NCBI RefSeq assembly: GCF_001194135.2
Contig: NC_068983.1
Coordinates: 30,631,837 to 30,665,559, forward strand
Length of the DNA: 33,723 nt
DNA from: Octopus bimaculoides
Taxonomy: Eukaryota
Direction: 5' to 3'
The notes beneath the pieces are model-generated. The model ran no database searches. It had not been told where the DNA came from and saw only the letters and a list, made by a program, of their open reading frames with translations. Made by a program: the position numbers and the translations under genes. Shown here in pieces: positions 20,518 to 32,500 of this stretch (positions are counted from its first letter, which is position 1; every line of letters starts with the position of its first letter).

Positions 20518-21226
20518 CTAATTGGTTGATGTAATTCTAAATGTTCTAAAAGACAGGAGAGTCATGGCTGGAATACATATTATCATAGTTCTACTCATTC
20601 AGAGCTGGACCAAGGCTAAATAATGACAGCAGTTCTAAAGCTGTCGTTCAGCCTTCATGTTTTAATGTTTCCAACATTCACTTTATAATGACCTTTCACT
20701 TTTAAAACATGTCTGTTCCATAAATTAATCACTGAGGAGGTTCTCACGTGAAGTTTTAAAATGGAAATTAATGGAAAAAATGGACGCTATAAAAAAAAAA
20801 AATGAAAATGTAAAAATATTCCATTTTGAAGCAAAAAATAATACAATGTTCTAAAAAATTTATCAAATGAACATTTACTTCACAAAATGATTTTATGAGT
20901 AAAACTGTATTTAAAAAAAGAGATTTTGGCTCATATGATCACAGATATAGTTGGGAGGTTGCAGAATTAACTTTGTAATCCCATGGTACCTAAGGCTGTA
21001 TAAACAACAAGTAAAAAAATGGTTCAAAGTGAGACATATAAAGATGTATAGAGAGAGAGAAAGAGAGAAAAACACACACACACACACGCACGCACACAAG
21101 CAGAAACAAATAGATGCACACACACACATACACACACACACACAAGCATGTCTACACGCACATACACACATGCAGAGACAAATAAGAACAAGCATCAAAA
21201 GACAAGTACACAGACACATGCATGCG

Positions 21227-21257
<31 letters not shown>

Positions 21258-21321
21258 TCATGCAAAGACAGGCTTGTACACACACACACTCATATAGAGA
21301 CAGGCAAATTTAGACAGAGAA

Positions 21322-21545
21322 CTCTTTTACTTGTTTCAGCCATTTGCTGGAGCACCGCCTTTAGTCGAGCAAATCGACCCCAGGATTTATTCCTTGTAAG
21401 CCTAGTACTTCTTCTATCGGTTTCTTTTGCTGAACCGCTAAGTTACGGGGACGTAAACACACCAGCATCGGTTGTCAAACGATGTTGGGGGGACAAACAC
21501 AGACACACAAACATACACACACACACACACACACGCACACACACG

Positions 21546-21579
<34 letters not shown>

Positions 21580-21752
21580 CACACATATACGACAGGCTTC
21601 TTTCAGTTTCCATCTACCAAATCCACTCACAAGGCTTTGGTTGGCCCGAGGCTATAGTAGAAGACACTTGCCCAAGGTTCCACACAGTGGGACTGAATCC
21701 TGAGCCATGTGGTTGGTAAGCAAGCTACTTTCCACACAGTCACTCCTGCGCC
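21322..21752 (-). mobile_element. Full-length tRNA-derived SINE
   Basis: Reverse complement is colinear with 16171-16581, with a small deletion in the tail. Confidence 0.92.
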
Positions 21753-21936
21753 TAGAGAGACCTTCAACATTTATAAGCTTTTTACATGTAGTTTTTTGCT
21801 GTCAAAGATCAGGTCTAATTGAGCAAACTTATATAACACAAATGAGTTGATAGCTTGGCTGAAAGGCTCAGTGTGGCCCAAAATTAATTGCTTTAGATTT
21901 ACTATGCTCTGATTTACTGAAAACCATATTACAACT

Positions 21937-22275
21937 TTTCATTTTTTCATTTTCATTTTATCTAGTTTCAGCGCATGAGCTGTGGCCATGCTGGGGCACC
22001 GCCATTTGGTGTTGCTACACAATTTTACTTCACGAATTTTACTTCACGAATTTTACTTCAGGGATTGATATTTGGTGCATGAGAGAGTTTGATACCGCTG
22101 CCCTCATCTGCACCAGTTGGTTCAACTGGGACACCTGACAGGAAGAGGTCCAGCCTCATCTTGAAGACACCTACATCCACCCCATCCAGGTCTCGCAGGT
22201 CCTTCGGGAGGATATTGAAGGGCTGTGGACCTCTGAAGCCCAGGCTATTGCAGTATCTTGTCCTACATCTTGATG
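21937..22275 (-). mobile_element. CR1/L2-type LINE 3' end
   Basis: Minus peptide CNSLGFRGPQPFNILPKDLRDL.GVDVGVFKMRLDLFLSGVP.EP. Then 3 x 14-bp CGTGAAGTAAAATT (22021-22060), GGCGGTGCCCCAGCATGGCCACAG..CTGAAACTAGATAAAA and an (ATGAAA)n-like tail. Confidence 0.8.
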
Positions 22276-22614
22276 TTTACATTTCTGTACGTCACCATTA
22301 TCAATCAAGTGGAGTACTGTGGTGCAGTTTGAGTATGGCACTTTATTCACTCATCAGTGTATTGTTGTAGATCTGCAGATTCTGATTGTGATTACACACA
22401 CACACACACACACACAAATGGATACAGTGGACTGTGTGAGAAAGCAGAGAGCTACCATTTCTGTACGCTACTTAATATTGGCAATATGTGTTTCCCTGTA
22501 CAATGTTTGGGTCTAATAATGTTATTGATGATACAGCAATACATTAGTGTTTCTTTTTCTTTTTTGAATCTGGGTTGAATGGGTATGATGGTGTCGTTAG
22601 ATTATGCAACTCTA

Positions 22615-23070
22615 GTATTTTGTATGTATGAATCTGTACAACAGTTTAGATTTTGTGAATGTAAGTCTATATATAATTTCTATAGTTGGCTGTGTTTCAG
22701 TATAGACTATATGACTGTAAGTCTACGTCTTATACATATATATATGTGTATTTTTGGATAGGTTACATGACCATAGTATATTTTGTATGACTGTGTCAGT
22801 ATTTCACTAAAGACTACATGACCATAGAATATATTATATGTTTGTGTCTGTGTTTCAACACAGATTATGTGACTGCGAATATATATTTTCTATGTATGTA
22901 TTTCTAATTCAATAAAGACTATGTGATTGTAAGTCTTTATTTTGTATGTGTTTTTATTTTAATACATATTATGTGAGTGTAGTTATGGTTTGTATGTATG
23001 CCTGTATTTCATTACAGATTACGTAGCTGTAAGAATATGTTTTGTTTTTGTTTGTATTTCAGCATAAATC
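22615..23070 (+). repeat. Degenerate minisatellite (~50-60-bp unit), left segment
   Basis: Recurring GTATTTCA.TA.AGACTA.ATGAC.GT/ATA.. motif. Confidence 0.65.
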
Positions 23071-23077
23071 ATATGGT

Positions 23078-23310
23078 ATCTTCTACATGTTTCAATCATT
23101 GGACTGCAGTCATGCTGGGGCACCATCTTGAAAGATTTAGCCAGACAAATTAATCTCAGTGCTTTTATTTTTTGCTTTTTTTTTATGAGTCTAGCACATC
23201 TTCTATTAGTCTCTATTGCCAAACTGCTAAGTTATGGTGATATAAACAAACCAACACAAGTTGTCTAGTGGTGGAGGACAAACACAAAGCCACAAACACA
23301 CACACACTCA
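23078..23310 (-). mobile_element. Diverged SINE 3' half
   Basis: Similar to 5311-5505 and to the SINE tail. Confidence 0.7.
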
Positions 23311-23329
23311 TACTCTTTCACTCTTTACC

Positions 23330-23631
23330 CTTTTACTTGTTTCAGTCATTTGACTGTGGCCATGCTGGAGCACCGCCTTTAGACCAAAACACACCAGCAT
23401 CGGTTGTCAAGTGATGTTGGGGAGAACAAACACAGACACACAAACATACATACACACATACATATATACGACGGGCTTCTTTTAGTTTCCGTCTACCAAA
23501 TCCACTCACAAGGCTTTGGTCGGCCCGAGGCTATAGTAGAAAACACTTGCCCAAGGTGCCATGCAGTTGTACTGAACCCGGAACCATGTGGTTCGTAAGC
23601 AAGCTACTTACCACACAGCCACTCCTACGCC
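23330..23631 (-). mobile_element. tRNA-derived SINE with ~100-bp internal deletion
   Basis: Head and tail are intact versus 21322-21752, but CCTTTAG is joined directly to ..AAACACACCAGCATCGG. Confidence 0.9.
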
Positions 23632-23682
23632 TATATACATACATACATACATATCTACATGCATACGTACATATGTATAAAT

Positions 23683-23838
23683 AACAGGCTTTCACAAGTT
23701 TCTGTCTACCAAATCAATTCACAAGGCATTAGTTGGCCTAGGGCTATAGTAGAAGACACTTGTCCAAGGTGCCACCCAGTGAGACTGAACACAAAACTAC
23801 ATGGTTGCAAAGCGTGCTCCTTAACTTCACAGCTATGT
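23683..23838 (-). mobile_element. Diverged SINE 5' (tRNA) head
   Basis: GGCTATAGTAGAAGACACTTG.CCAAGGTGCC..CAGTG.GACTGAAC. Confidence 0.75.
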
Positions 23839-23844
23839 CTGGTA

Positions 23845-23970
23845 GTCGTATATCTATGTGTATGTTTGTATTTCGGTGTAGACGATATGACCATAATATA
23901 TTTTGTATGTATGTTCCTGTATTTCATTATAGAATTATATGATTGTAAGCATACATAAGTGATTACATGA
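23845..23970 (+). repeat. Degenerate minisatellite, right segment
   Basis: Same motif as 22615-23070 (GTATTTC..GTAGAC.ATATGACCATA; GTATTTCATTA.AGA.TT.TATGATTGTAAG). Confidence 0.6.
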
Positions 23971-24429
23971 GTTTACAATAGAAGAAATTTGCTAAAGCTG
24001 CCATATTGTGTGATCAAACACATAAGAATGAAGCTGAAAAGCAAATCTTTTCAGCAACCACATAGTGATGCTTGTGCTGATGTTAAAATTGCAATCCAAG
24101 ACTACTTGAGACAAAACCAAAGGAAACTCTGGTTCAAAGCCCCTAAATCTAGTGCACATATTTCCTACAGGTATTAATACAAAGAAGTTCAAACTAGATA
24201 TCAGGAACTTCAACCTCAGAAGGCTGAGCTTCTTCATGGCTGCTTGGTCTGTTAGAAATAATAGCAATTTCCCTTAAATCCCACCTTGATACCTTTAAAA
24301 AAATGAAGAACATGTTCAATGTAGCTCTAGATATCCATAACGATAGAATGGTCATAAGTGGAGCACCTCTGATAATAGATCTGTTTAATCAGGGTTGATT
24401 TGTAGCTAAGCAACAGCCTCAAGTCAGTG

Positions 24430-24490
24430 CTCAATGAGTACTTATTTTACCGACCCTGAAAGGATGAAAGGCAAAATCAACCTTGCTAGT
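24430..24490 (-). mobile_element. SINE central conserved-domain remnant
   Basis: GCCTTTCATCCTTTCAGGGTCGGTAAAATAAGTAC on the minus strand, a widely shared SINE core-type motif. Confidence 0.6.
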
Positions 24491-24529
24491 GTCAGTTAGG
24501 AGTGAGGGAGTATTGAAAGCAGAGTAAAA

Positions 24530-25150
24530 AGAAAAAAACAAAGGAAGAAGCACAAAAGGGACATGAAAAAGCGTTACACAATAAGGGACTTCACAATCAA
24601 TTCCATGTAGCCACAAAAAGTTTCTGGAAAACATAGGTGGAATTGGCTGAAGAAAGAAACACTGGAAAAAGAGACTGGAAGCACTATAATGGCAGCACAA
24701 GACCAATCTGTGGCCATGAATTGATGAGTCAACCTGAGGAATAAGCAAGTGTCTCCGCTGTGCTGCATCTGTAACAGACTGGATGATACCATTGCCCGTA
24801 TCATGTAAGAAAGCCCTAGACTTGCCCAAAACTACTTTAAGTTGTGGTGTCATGATAAGGTAGAGAAAGTGCTACATTGGAAACTGTGTAAAAAGTGGGG
24901 GCTAGAGAGAGGCAAGACATGGTATGAGCACAAACCGCAGAGAGTGACAGAGTCAGAGACTTGTAAAATACTCTGGGATTTCCCAATCCAAACAGATCAA
25001 GTGTTAGAGCTAGTGGTGGTTGACAAGATATACCACATGTGCTATATAGTTGGGTTGCATTTTGCTTTGGTCCATGAATAGTCAAGAAGAAGGGTGAAAA
25101 AATAGATAAATACAACTGTCTTAAATACAAAATGACCCAGCTATGGAAAA
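24530..25150 (+). mobile_element. R4/Dong-like non-LTR retrotransposon fragment (CCHC finger plus restriction-like endonuclease)
   Basis: WLKKETLEKETGSTIMAAQDQ, C.ICN..DDTI..I, HDKVEKVLHWKLC, PQRVTESETCKILWDFPIQTD, LVVVDK and EKIDKY. Contains stops, and the RPD motif is lost. Confidence 0.85.
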
Positions 25151-25189
25151 TGGCGAGCGAGCCCCAACCCATCACTTGAGAACCAATGT

Positions 25190-25335
25190 TAGCTTGTTTA
25201 CATCTCTGTAACTTAGCAGTTTGACAAAAGAGACTGCTAGAGTAAGTACCAAACTGTAAAAAAAGCTAAGTAGTGTGATTTGTTAAACTGAAACCCAGCA
25301 TGGTTGCAGTCCAATGACTGATTCAAGTGCAAGAA
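25190..25335 (+). mobile_element. Diverged SINE 3' half
   Basis: GTAACTTAGCAGTT.G.CAAAAGAGAC...CCAGCATGG.TGCAGTC.AATGACTGA. Confidence 0.65.
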
Positions 25336-25879
25336 CTTTTTCCTGACTTGGATTCCACTTGAGAAAATTTCAGCAGTGTCCTTACCAGAGATTCTCAACA
25401 AAGACGATGCTAATTAAAGAGTATAACATCATGAAACATTTAAATTGGTATGGAATGTTATTGCTGTTATTTCCCCACCCATATCTGAAATGTTGGTGAA
25501 ACATTCCTTCTTTACCTCCACTTTCTTATCAGCACATAATTTAAGGTACATAATGTTTGATTAATTATTTAAGAACAAGCAGAAATGCAACACGCACAAC
25601 GAGAGGATTGAGATATACTACTATGCCAACAGGATGCATAACATCACTGAAAGAATTCTAAGGAATTATCTGGACTTAATTTATTCAATCCCAACCCTCC
25701 TGAGATTGATATGATACAAATTCCCTGTTTCAAAGTGACCTAAATTGAAACCTTCCATCAAAATTCTATATTTATCTACATTCCAAACACCAGTTTTACT
25801 AAATTTTCCATTATTTTCAAAATTAACTGGAACAATAGCTGTGTATTTCAGCAGCTGTTTGGTAACAAAAGGGTAAACT

Positions 25880-26039
25880 GGCTGTGTGGTAAGTAGCTTG
25901 CTTACCAACCGCATGGTTGTGGGTTTAGTCCCACTGTGTGACACCTTGGACAAGTGTCTTCTTCTATAGCCTCGGGCTGACCAAAGCCTTGTGAGTGGAT
26001 ATGGTAGATGGAAACTGGAAGAAGACCGTCGTATATATG

Positions 26040-26070
<31 letters not shown>

Positions 26071-26280
26071 ATATGTTTGCCTGTCTGTGTTTGTCCCCCC
26101 AACATCGCTTGACAACTGATGGTGGTGTGTTTACGTCTCCGTAACTTAGCAGTTCGGCAAAAGAGACCAATAGAATAAGTACTAGGCTTCCAAAGAATAA
26201 GTCCTGGGGTCGATTTGCTCGACTAAAGGCGGTGCTCCAGCATAGCCACAGTCAAATGACTGAAACAAGTAAAACAGTAA
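25880..26280 (+). mobile_element. Near full-length tRNA-derived SINE
   Basis: Colinear with 16171-16581. Confidence 0.92.
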
Positions 26281-26589
26281 ATAGAAACAATGAGATGATG
26301 TATAGACTGAAAAGCAATCACAATGGATATTTTATTTATTTTATAAGACTTAATCAGAAGAGGAATGTCAGGACCTATGAATTTTTTTTTTTTCTTTCAG
26401 CAGGGCTAGGCTTGTGACTGGTGGGAAAAATAAAAGAACATTTTGATATTGTCAAACCAGACACCTCATCTGATTGCTCTCAAAAGTTGAACTCAGAGGT
26501 ATAAGAGGTGGTGTTTAAGTCCACCAGGTGGCAGTTTAAGTTTACAACTCACGAGCAAGTCCAAGACATCTGTCAAACTGCCCCATAGT

Positions 26590-26720
26590 TTCTATCTACC
26601 CACTTTCTCTTGCAAATTATTAATCCAAAACAATGGTAAAGGACACTTGCAGTGTTGCAGAATGAGATTTAAAACATGACCTACAGTTTGTGAAGTAAAC
26701 ATCTTCAGCACATGCACAGT
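26590..26720 (-). mobile_element. Highly diverged SINE head remnant
   Basis: AGTTTC.ATCTACC..TT..CT..CAA..ATT..T..CCAA..C.ATGGTAAAGGACACTTG pattern. Confidence 0.45.
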
Positions 26721-26785
26721 TATAGTAGTTATGAAGTTAATGAGTATTTCATTAATTAATCAAAATTATCTGCTCACTGTATTGG

Positions 26786-27247
<462 letters not shown>

Positions 27248-27446
27248 TCTATGCCTAGATGTGTGTACTCTTAAGATGATTCTTGAGCAGTATCAGCATG
27301 ACACAATGTGTGAGACAAGACCAGAGCTTTAATTTACAAGAACAATCCATCCAAAAGGCTTTGCACAGTTTTCACTTTCTCACAAGGTTTGAGTCAACAT
27401 GAAGTTATGGTAAAAAAAAAACACTTGCTTAAGATGTCATGTTTAA

Positions 27447-27723
27447 CCCATTACCTCCCATAATTCTATTAACTGGAATTTTTTTTATGAAACTTTGATT
27501 TCTAGCATAAAACAACCTTAGAAACACGCTGGAATGATCAAAATAACATTTTAAATAGCAATAATCAAGATATTGGGTGAAAAATTAGCAAACCTCATTT
27601 GAATATCAGAGAAATATACCTAGTAGATATAGCAAAAGGTTAGATATGTGTAAATATTGACAGATAATTATGAAATTTGTAATTTTTAAGTGATCTCAAA
27701 TGAGATCACTGGTAGGTAATGAG
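27447..27723. mobile_element. piggyBac-like MITE (277 bp) with TTAA target duplications
   Basis: TTAA (27443-27446) + CCCATTACCTCCC ... GGTAGGTAATGAG + TTAA (27724-27727): imperfect TIRs and no ORF. Confidence 0.7.
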
Positions 27724-27928
27724 TTAAGACCTCATAATTGAAAAGTGAACTTCTTAAACATTTGGTCATGTGTTCATATTTATGAGATTAGTTAAGCAAT
27801 CAATGGATCACAAATGAAACACCAGATAACTCAAGATTTTACTTGGGTGGAAAAGTCATGTCCTTACAATGATACCAAGCTTAGTGAGGAAAACTAAGTA
27901 GACTAAAGATCACATTCTTTATTCCACT

Positions 27929-27967
<39 letters not shown>

Positions 27968-29075
27968 CAACATATACATACAGCACAATCAATACATTCA
28001 TACATTAGTAAAACGATTAAAAATGAATATTTATAAATACATGTCTATTTCTGTAGACAATATCTTAGATTCAAGGAAACAGTCTGGTGTTGTATGTAAA
28101 ATAATTAAAAGTAGCTGAAGGACAAGAACACCAGATGATAAAAAAAAATCTATTTATCTCAACATAAACTCATGTTTGTTTATATCACTACATGATATCA
28201 TCAATGAAAGATTAACAGTTTAATATCATATTTTCTTCCCTACCAGCTAACTCACATAACGATAACAACCAAGTCTTTGCACCTTCTACACACATCTTTC
28301 TTCACAAAGCATATTAATCTGGAACAAATCCCAAACAAATGTTATGTTATCCAACACACTTCTATGCTTCATACGGAAACAGTTACACATCCTTTAGCTA
28401 CTTCTAACCTTAAGTATTCATTTTGCTTTGAAAATACCTTCACAATTTGATAATCCTCTACAGATATAATCGGCTATTCTACATGGTTTCTAATTCTCTT
28501 GCTGATTAGAATATTTCAACAATTTTTTTTTTTTATCTGACAGCACCAGATTTTTTCCCCCATTTCCTCTATTTTCTTCGCTGCTTCTTTATCCTCCATT
28601 TTTTTTTTTTTTTATATTCAAGCCTGCTGTTTTACGGGGATTCTCTGACTAGTAATGCATGCAGATTCATACCAATTTCTCATCTAACAAATGCTCATAG
28701 ATTTTCTAGCGTTCATTGTATCCTCTATAATCAATATTTGTTGATACAGTTTCGTTTCTATTCAGTACAGTTTGAGATATGAGAATATTGAGATAAAAAA
28801 AAAATAATAATAATGATAATAATAATAAAAGAGAGAGACAGAAAGGAAGAGAAATCTAATTGTCTATTCCCCAAGCTGACTTCATCTTTACAGACAAAAA
28901 TCATTCATTTAACTAGCTGAATAGAATTACTACTAACTAATTAATTATTTTCTATAAAGCAAGACTTCTTTAAAGATTTACATCTTTGAGTAGCTAACAT
29001 TGTCAGGACAAATATCTAATTTCATTGAACATCTATCTTTCTCATAACTCATTTTTCTTTTCGTTTTTTTTTTTA

Positions 29076-29381
29076 NNNNNNNNNNNNNNNNNNNNNNNNN
29101 NNNNNNNNNNNNNNNNNNNNNNNNNNNNNNNNNNNNNNNNNNNNNNNNNNNNNNNNNNNNNNNNNNNNNNNNNNNNNNNNNNNNNNNNNNNNNNNNNNNN
29201 NNNNNNNNNNNNNNNNNNNNNNNNNNNNNNNNNNNNNNNNNNNNNNNNNNNNNNNNNNNNNNNNNNNNNNNNNNNNNNNNNNNNNNNNNNNNNNNNNNNN
29301 NNNNNNNNNNNNNNNNNNNNNNNNNNNNNNNNNNNNNNNNNNNNNNNNNNNNNNNNNNNNNNNNNNNNNNNNNNNNNNNNN
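29076..29381. other. Assembly gap (N run)
   Basis: Run of N. Confidence 0.99.
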
Positions 29382-29849
29382 GAGATTATGATTGAGAAAT
29401 TGAACTAGAAGTAAATGACTAATATCATTCTTGATTAGAATCTGAGTTAAACTCATCTGTTTGTCAAGCAGCCAAACTAGAAGGAAGTTACTATATAGAC
29501 AAGTTAACTGCCTCCTTACCATAAAAACTGAACCAGCATAAAAAAAAAAATAATAAAGTGGAGTCTTGCCATATGCAATTAGTTATAATTACATATAATT
29601 AATTTCCATGAAAATATTAACCTCTACTCCACCAAAAGGAAAAAGAAAAGAAAGTAAAAACCTGAAACAAAACTAAAAATACATGAATGTCTTTATGGAT
29701 TGCTATTTGTTTATGATAAAAATGAATGTGGATATGAATGCTCCTAATATCACAGTTTTTTAGGGATCAGAAAAGAGGAGGCAATAGCTATGAAATATAA
29801 GTGTTATAGGTTTCAGGTTCAGTCACGATAGTAGGAAGTTAAATCATCA

Positions 29850-29900
29850 TCATTCTTATTTTACATTCATTTTCCATGCTAGAATGGGCTGGACGGCAAT
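29850..29900 (-). mobile_element. RTE-type tail remnant
   Basis: CCGTCCAGCCCAT.CTAGCATGGAAA...ATGATGATGA on the minus strand. Confidence 0.55.
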
Positions 29901-29994
29901 GTATTATAATATTTTGAGATTTATCATTGATTTCTTTTTAAGTATACTTGCTTGGGTCAGATGGAATTCATTAAAGTGGACTTTTTTATAGAGA

Positions 29995-30300
29995 AAGGTC
30001 AACAAATAGGTGCCCAAACATCAGAGAGAATAAACCCTATCATCATGAATACAAAAATAATTTCAGACAGAACGAAAGCAACTTTATAAAAAACAACTAC
30101 AATGGACATAATGAAATATAGAATATCAAAATACAAGCTAACTACAAAAACAACAACAAGAGTTACTAATAACAAGAATAATATAAAGAATTCTCATTCC
30201 TATAGTGATTCAGACAAAATCCAGAAATAGCGGAACATGAGATGAATTCCAATTGAGAAAACTCGAAAATAATCCATCACAGAAATTATCAACATCTTTA
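29995..30300 (+). mobile_element. Heavily degraded Penelope-like post-RT fragment
   Basis: Frame-shifted traces (CPNIRENKPY, KIISD, QQQELLIT..RILIP) parallel the region after the RT at 32280-32500. Confidence 0.35.
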
Positions 30301-30372
30301 CAAGTAGATACACATACATCTATCCTATTTATCATAAGGATTTGGTTCCAAAAAAGAATTTTAAAAATCACT

Positions 30373-30447
30373 GTGATAAATGAATCAGTGCAGTGATAAA
30401 TGAATTAGTGCAGTGATAAATGAACCAGTGCAGTGATAAATGAATCA
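30373..30447 (+). repeat. 20-bp tandem repeat x ~3.8
   Basis: GTGATAAATGAA(T/C)(C/T)AGTGCA repeated. Confidence 0.9.
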
Positions 30448-30454
30448 GCTTCAT

Positions 30455-30640
30455 GGACTTTGTCAGTGGAACAAATGGTAGATTCATTGACACCAAACTC
30501 ATGGCCTACAGCATTGAAACTTCCACCATCACATAGTTTCTTGATCATTTCTAGCCTTTCCTATAGAGACTATACTTGTCTTGGCATTTGTTAGGATCAA
30601 GCACCTTCATATTCTTTTCTATTCACTTGTCCCATGTTGA
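30455..30640 (-). mobile_element. Tigger/pogo transposase N-terminal HTH remnant
   Basis: Minus peptide RQV*SL*ERLEMIKKLCDGGSFNAVGHEFGVNESTIC, a CENP-B/psq-type HTH pattern. Confidence 0.6.
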
Positions 30641-30869
30641 TGGGTATTAGAATGTAAATTTTGCAACATGGTCATGCAAACACAAGTGATTATCAGTGCA
30701 TTCTGAGTAACTCAGCATTATGGATGGTTGATTGAGTGTGTTTTTGTAGAAGAAGAAGAATCTTTGACTGATCAACGATCCATGTTATCAAAGATTAATC
30801 TGTGATAAGCATAACATGGTCCACAATTAAGTGTACCATGTCATCACAGATCAGTGATGAATTAATGAT

Positions 30870-32500
30870 AAACAAGGATGGATGTACTTAATAAAGGATT
30901 AAAATTTACACTGACTCTTCAAAACAAATCATCCATGTCGGAAATCAAGGGTGGTACTTTAAAATTCTGCAGAAAACATAGACTAGCAAAACAGTTTTAT
31001 TTTTTTGAGGAAGAAAACAAAAATGAAACCTTAATTAAAAAACCAAAAAATTAATAACACCCTATAAAGAAATGCAAATATAGCTGTTGATGAATTGTAT
31101 GAATATATCTCAAACTTTCCAGTAGAAAACTGAAAACAAAGTAAATAGAATCTAACTTTAGCAGACAACAATGGAACCATCTGACCAATTTAAAATTAGA
31201 CAAAAACATAATTATAAAAGAAGCCAACAAAGGAGACTCTGTTGTTATGGATACAGAATACTACACAAGTATTGTACTGAATATACTACAAGACAATATA
31301 TACCATAGAAATAAAAAAAATTACAAAGCTGTTAAAATTGTAAAATAACTGATCATTTTACTACAGTCATATAGAAATTGTTTAATAGATGAAGGACTGA
31401 ATTACCTCACAAATTTCAAATATAAAACAAATAACAGCTATGGGCTACCAAGAATACATAAAAATAAAACCAATCAATGAAGCACATGAAAGAGCAAAGA
31501 CTACTAACTATGTGAATATATCCTCCCTGATTGATTTAAAACTGAGACTGATTGTAGCAAGCTTGACTAGCAAGATACATCACTTAAGTGATTTTCTAGA
31601 CATCTTGCTTAAATCTTTCTTCAGACACATAAAGTGCTTTGTATGAGATGATATCGAAATGCTCAGCCATATACTCAATACAGTAAACAAAAAATACCTT
31701 CATTATTACATTTGATGTTTGTGAAGTAATATAATGGTTTCAGATTTTGCCACAAGGGCAGTGTTGTGAAGTTATATAATAATATTCCACAGAGTTAGAG
31801 AATCAACGTTATTAAATATTGGCTGGAGACTTACTTATGAAATACTAAAATAAACTGATAAAATTTTTTAGTAAATGGTCTGTTTATTTTAGGAAATAAT
31901 TACTTCACATTTGATGAAATTGCTAACCAGTAAAAATCAGGGGCAACTATGGGAACCAAGGTTGCGTCAACCTAGTTATGGAATACCATAAATTGAAGAT
32001 TTTTTAATCCTCCCTGAGATAAATTCAGCTATTATTTGAATGAAAACTGAAAAAGATTCTTAGATAACTGTTTTATTCTAGGGGTGGAAAAACATCACTT
32101 TATTGAACAAATTTCAAAATCTCATCAATAATATAATCCCTAACATCCAATTCCCTATGAAGTTCAGTAATGATAAACTCCCCTTCCTAGATATACTAAT
32201 AACAAAAAGAAACATCATACAAGAAGCTGATATACATTTTAAATCCATCAACTCTCAATGGTATCTTCTATTTATATTGAGTCATCTGAAACACACTCAG
32301 ATTAACATTCCATGGACTAGAAGAAATGAGAAATATACTTATCAAAGGAAAATCCCATCTAAATTTAATCATTTTTAGGATTGAAAAAGCAAAGCAAGTT
32401 AATGTCTTGAAATATCAAGAAATAAAAAGGAAAATGAGAAAATGTTATATCATATACTTTGACTTTTAAGCCAAAGAATATCAAATTCTTTACTGAAGAT
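30870..32500 (+). mobile_element. Penelope-like element (Neptune-type) RT pseudogene
   Basis: DVLNKGLKFT, FCRKHRL, IIIKEANKGDSVV.MD, YGLPRIHK, LRLIVA, GATMGTKVA, KRFLDNCF, NIQF...DKLPFLDILI and SHLKHTQINIP. Many stops and frameshifts. Confidence 0.88.

Noticed and set aside
22021-22060. Short direct repeats as a possible CRISPR-like array
   Set aside because: Contiguous 14-bp tandem units without spacers inside a LINE 3' UTR, in eukaryotic DNA. The same applies to 30373-30447.
23960-24300. ORFs 23989-24177 and 23992-24267, weakly reminiscent of transposase or LINE C-termini
   Set aside because: No diagnostic motif; cannot be assigned.
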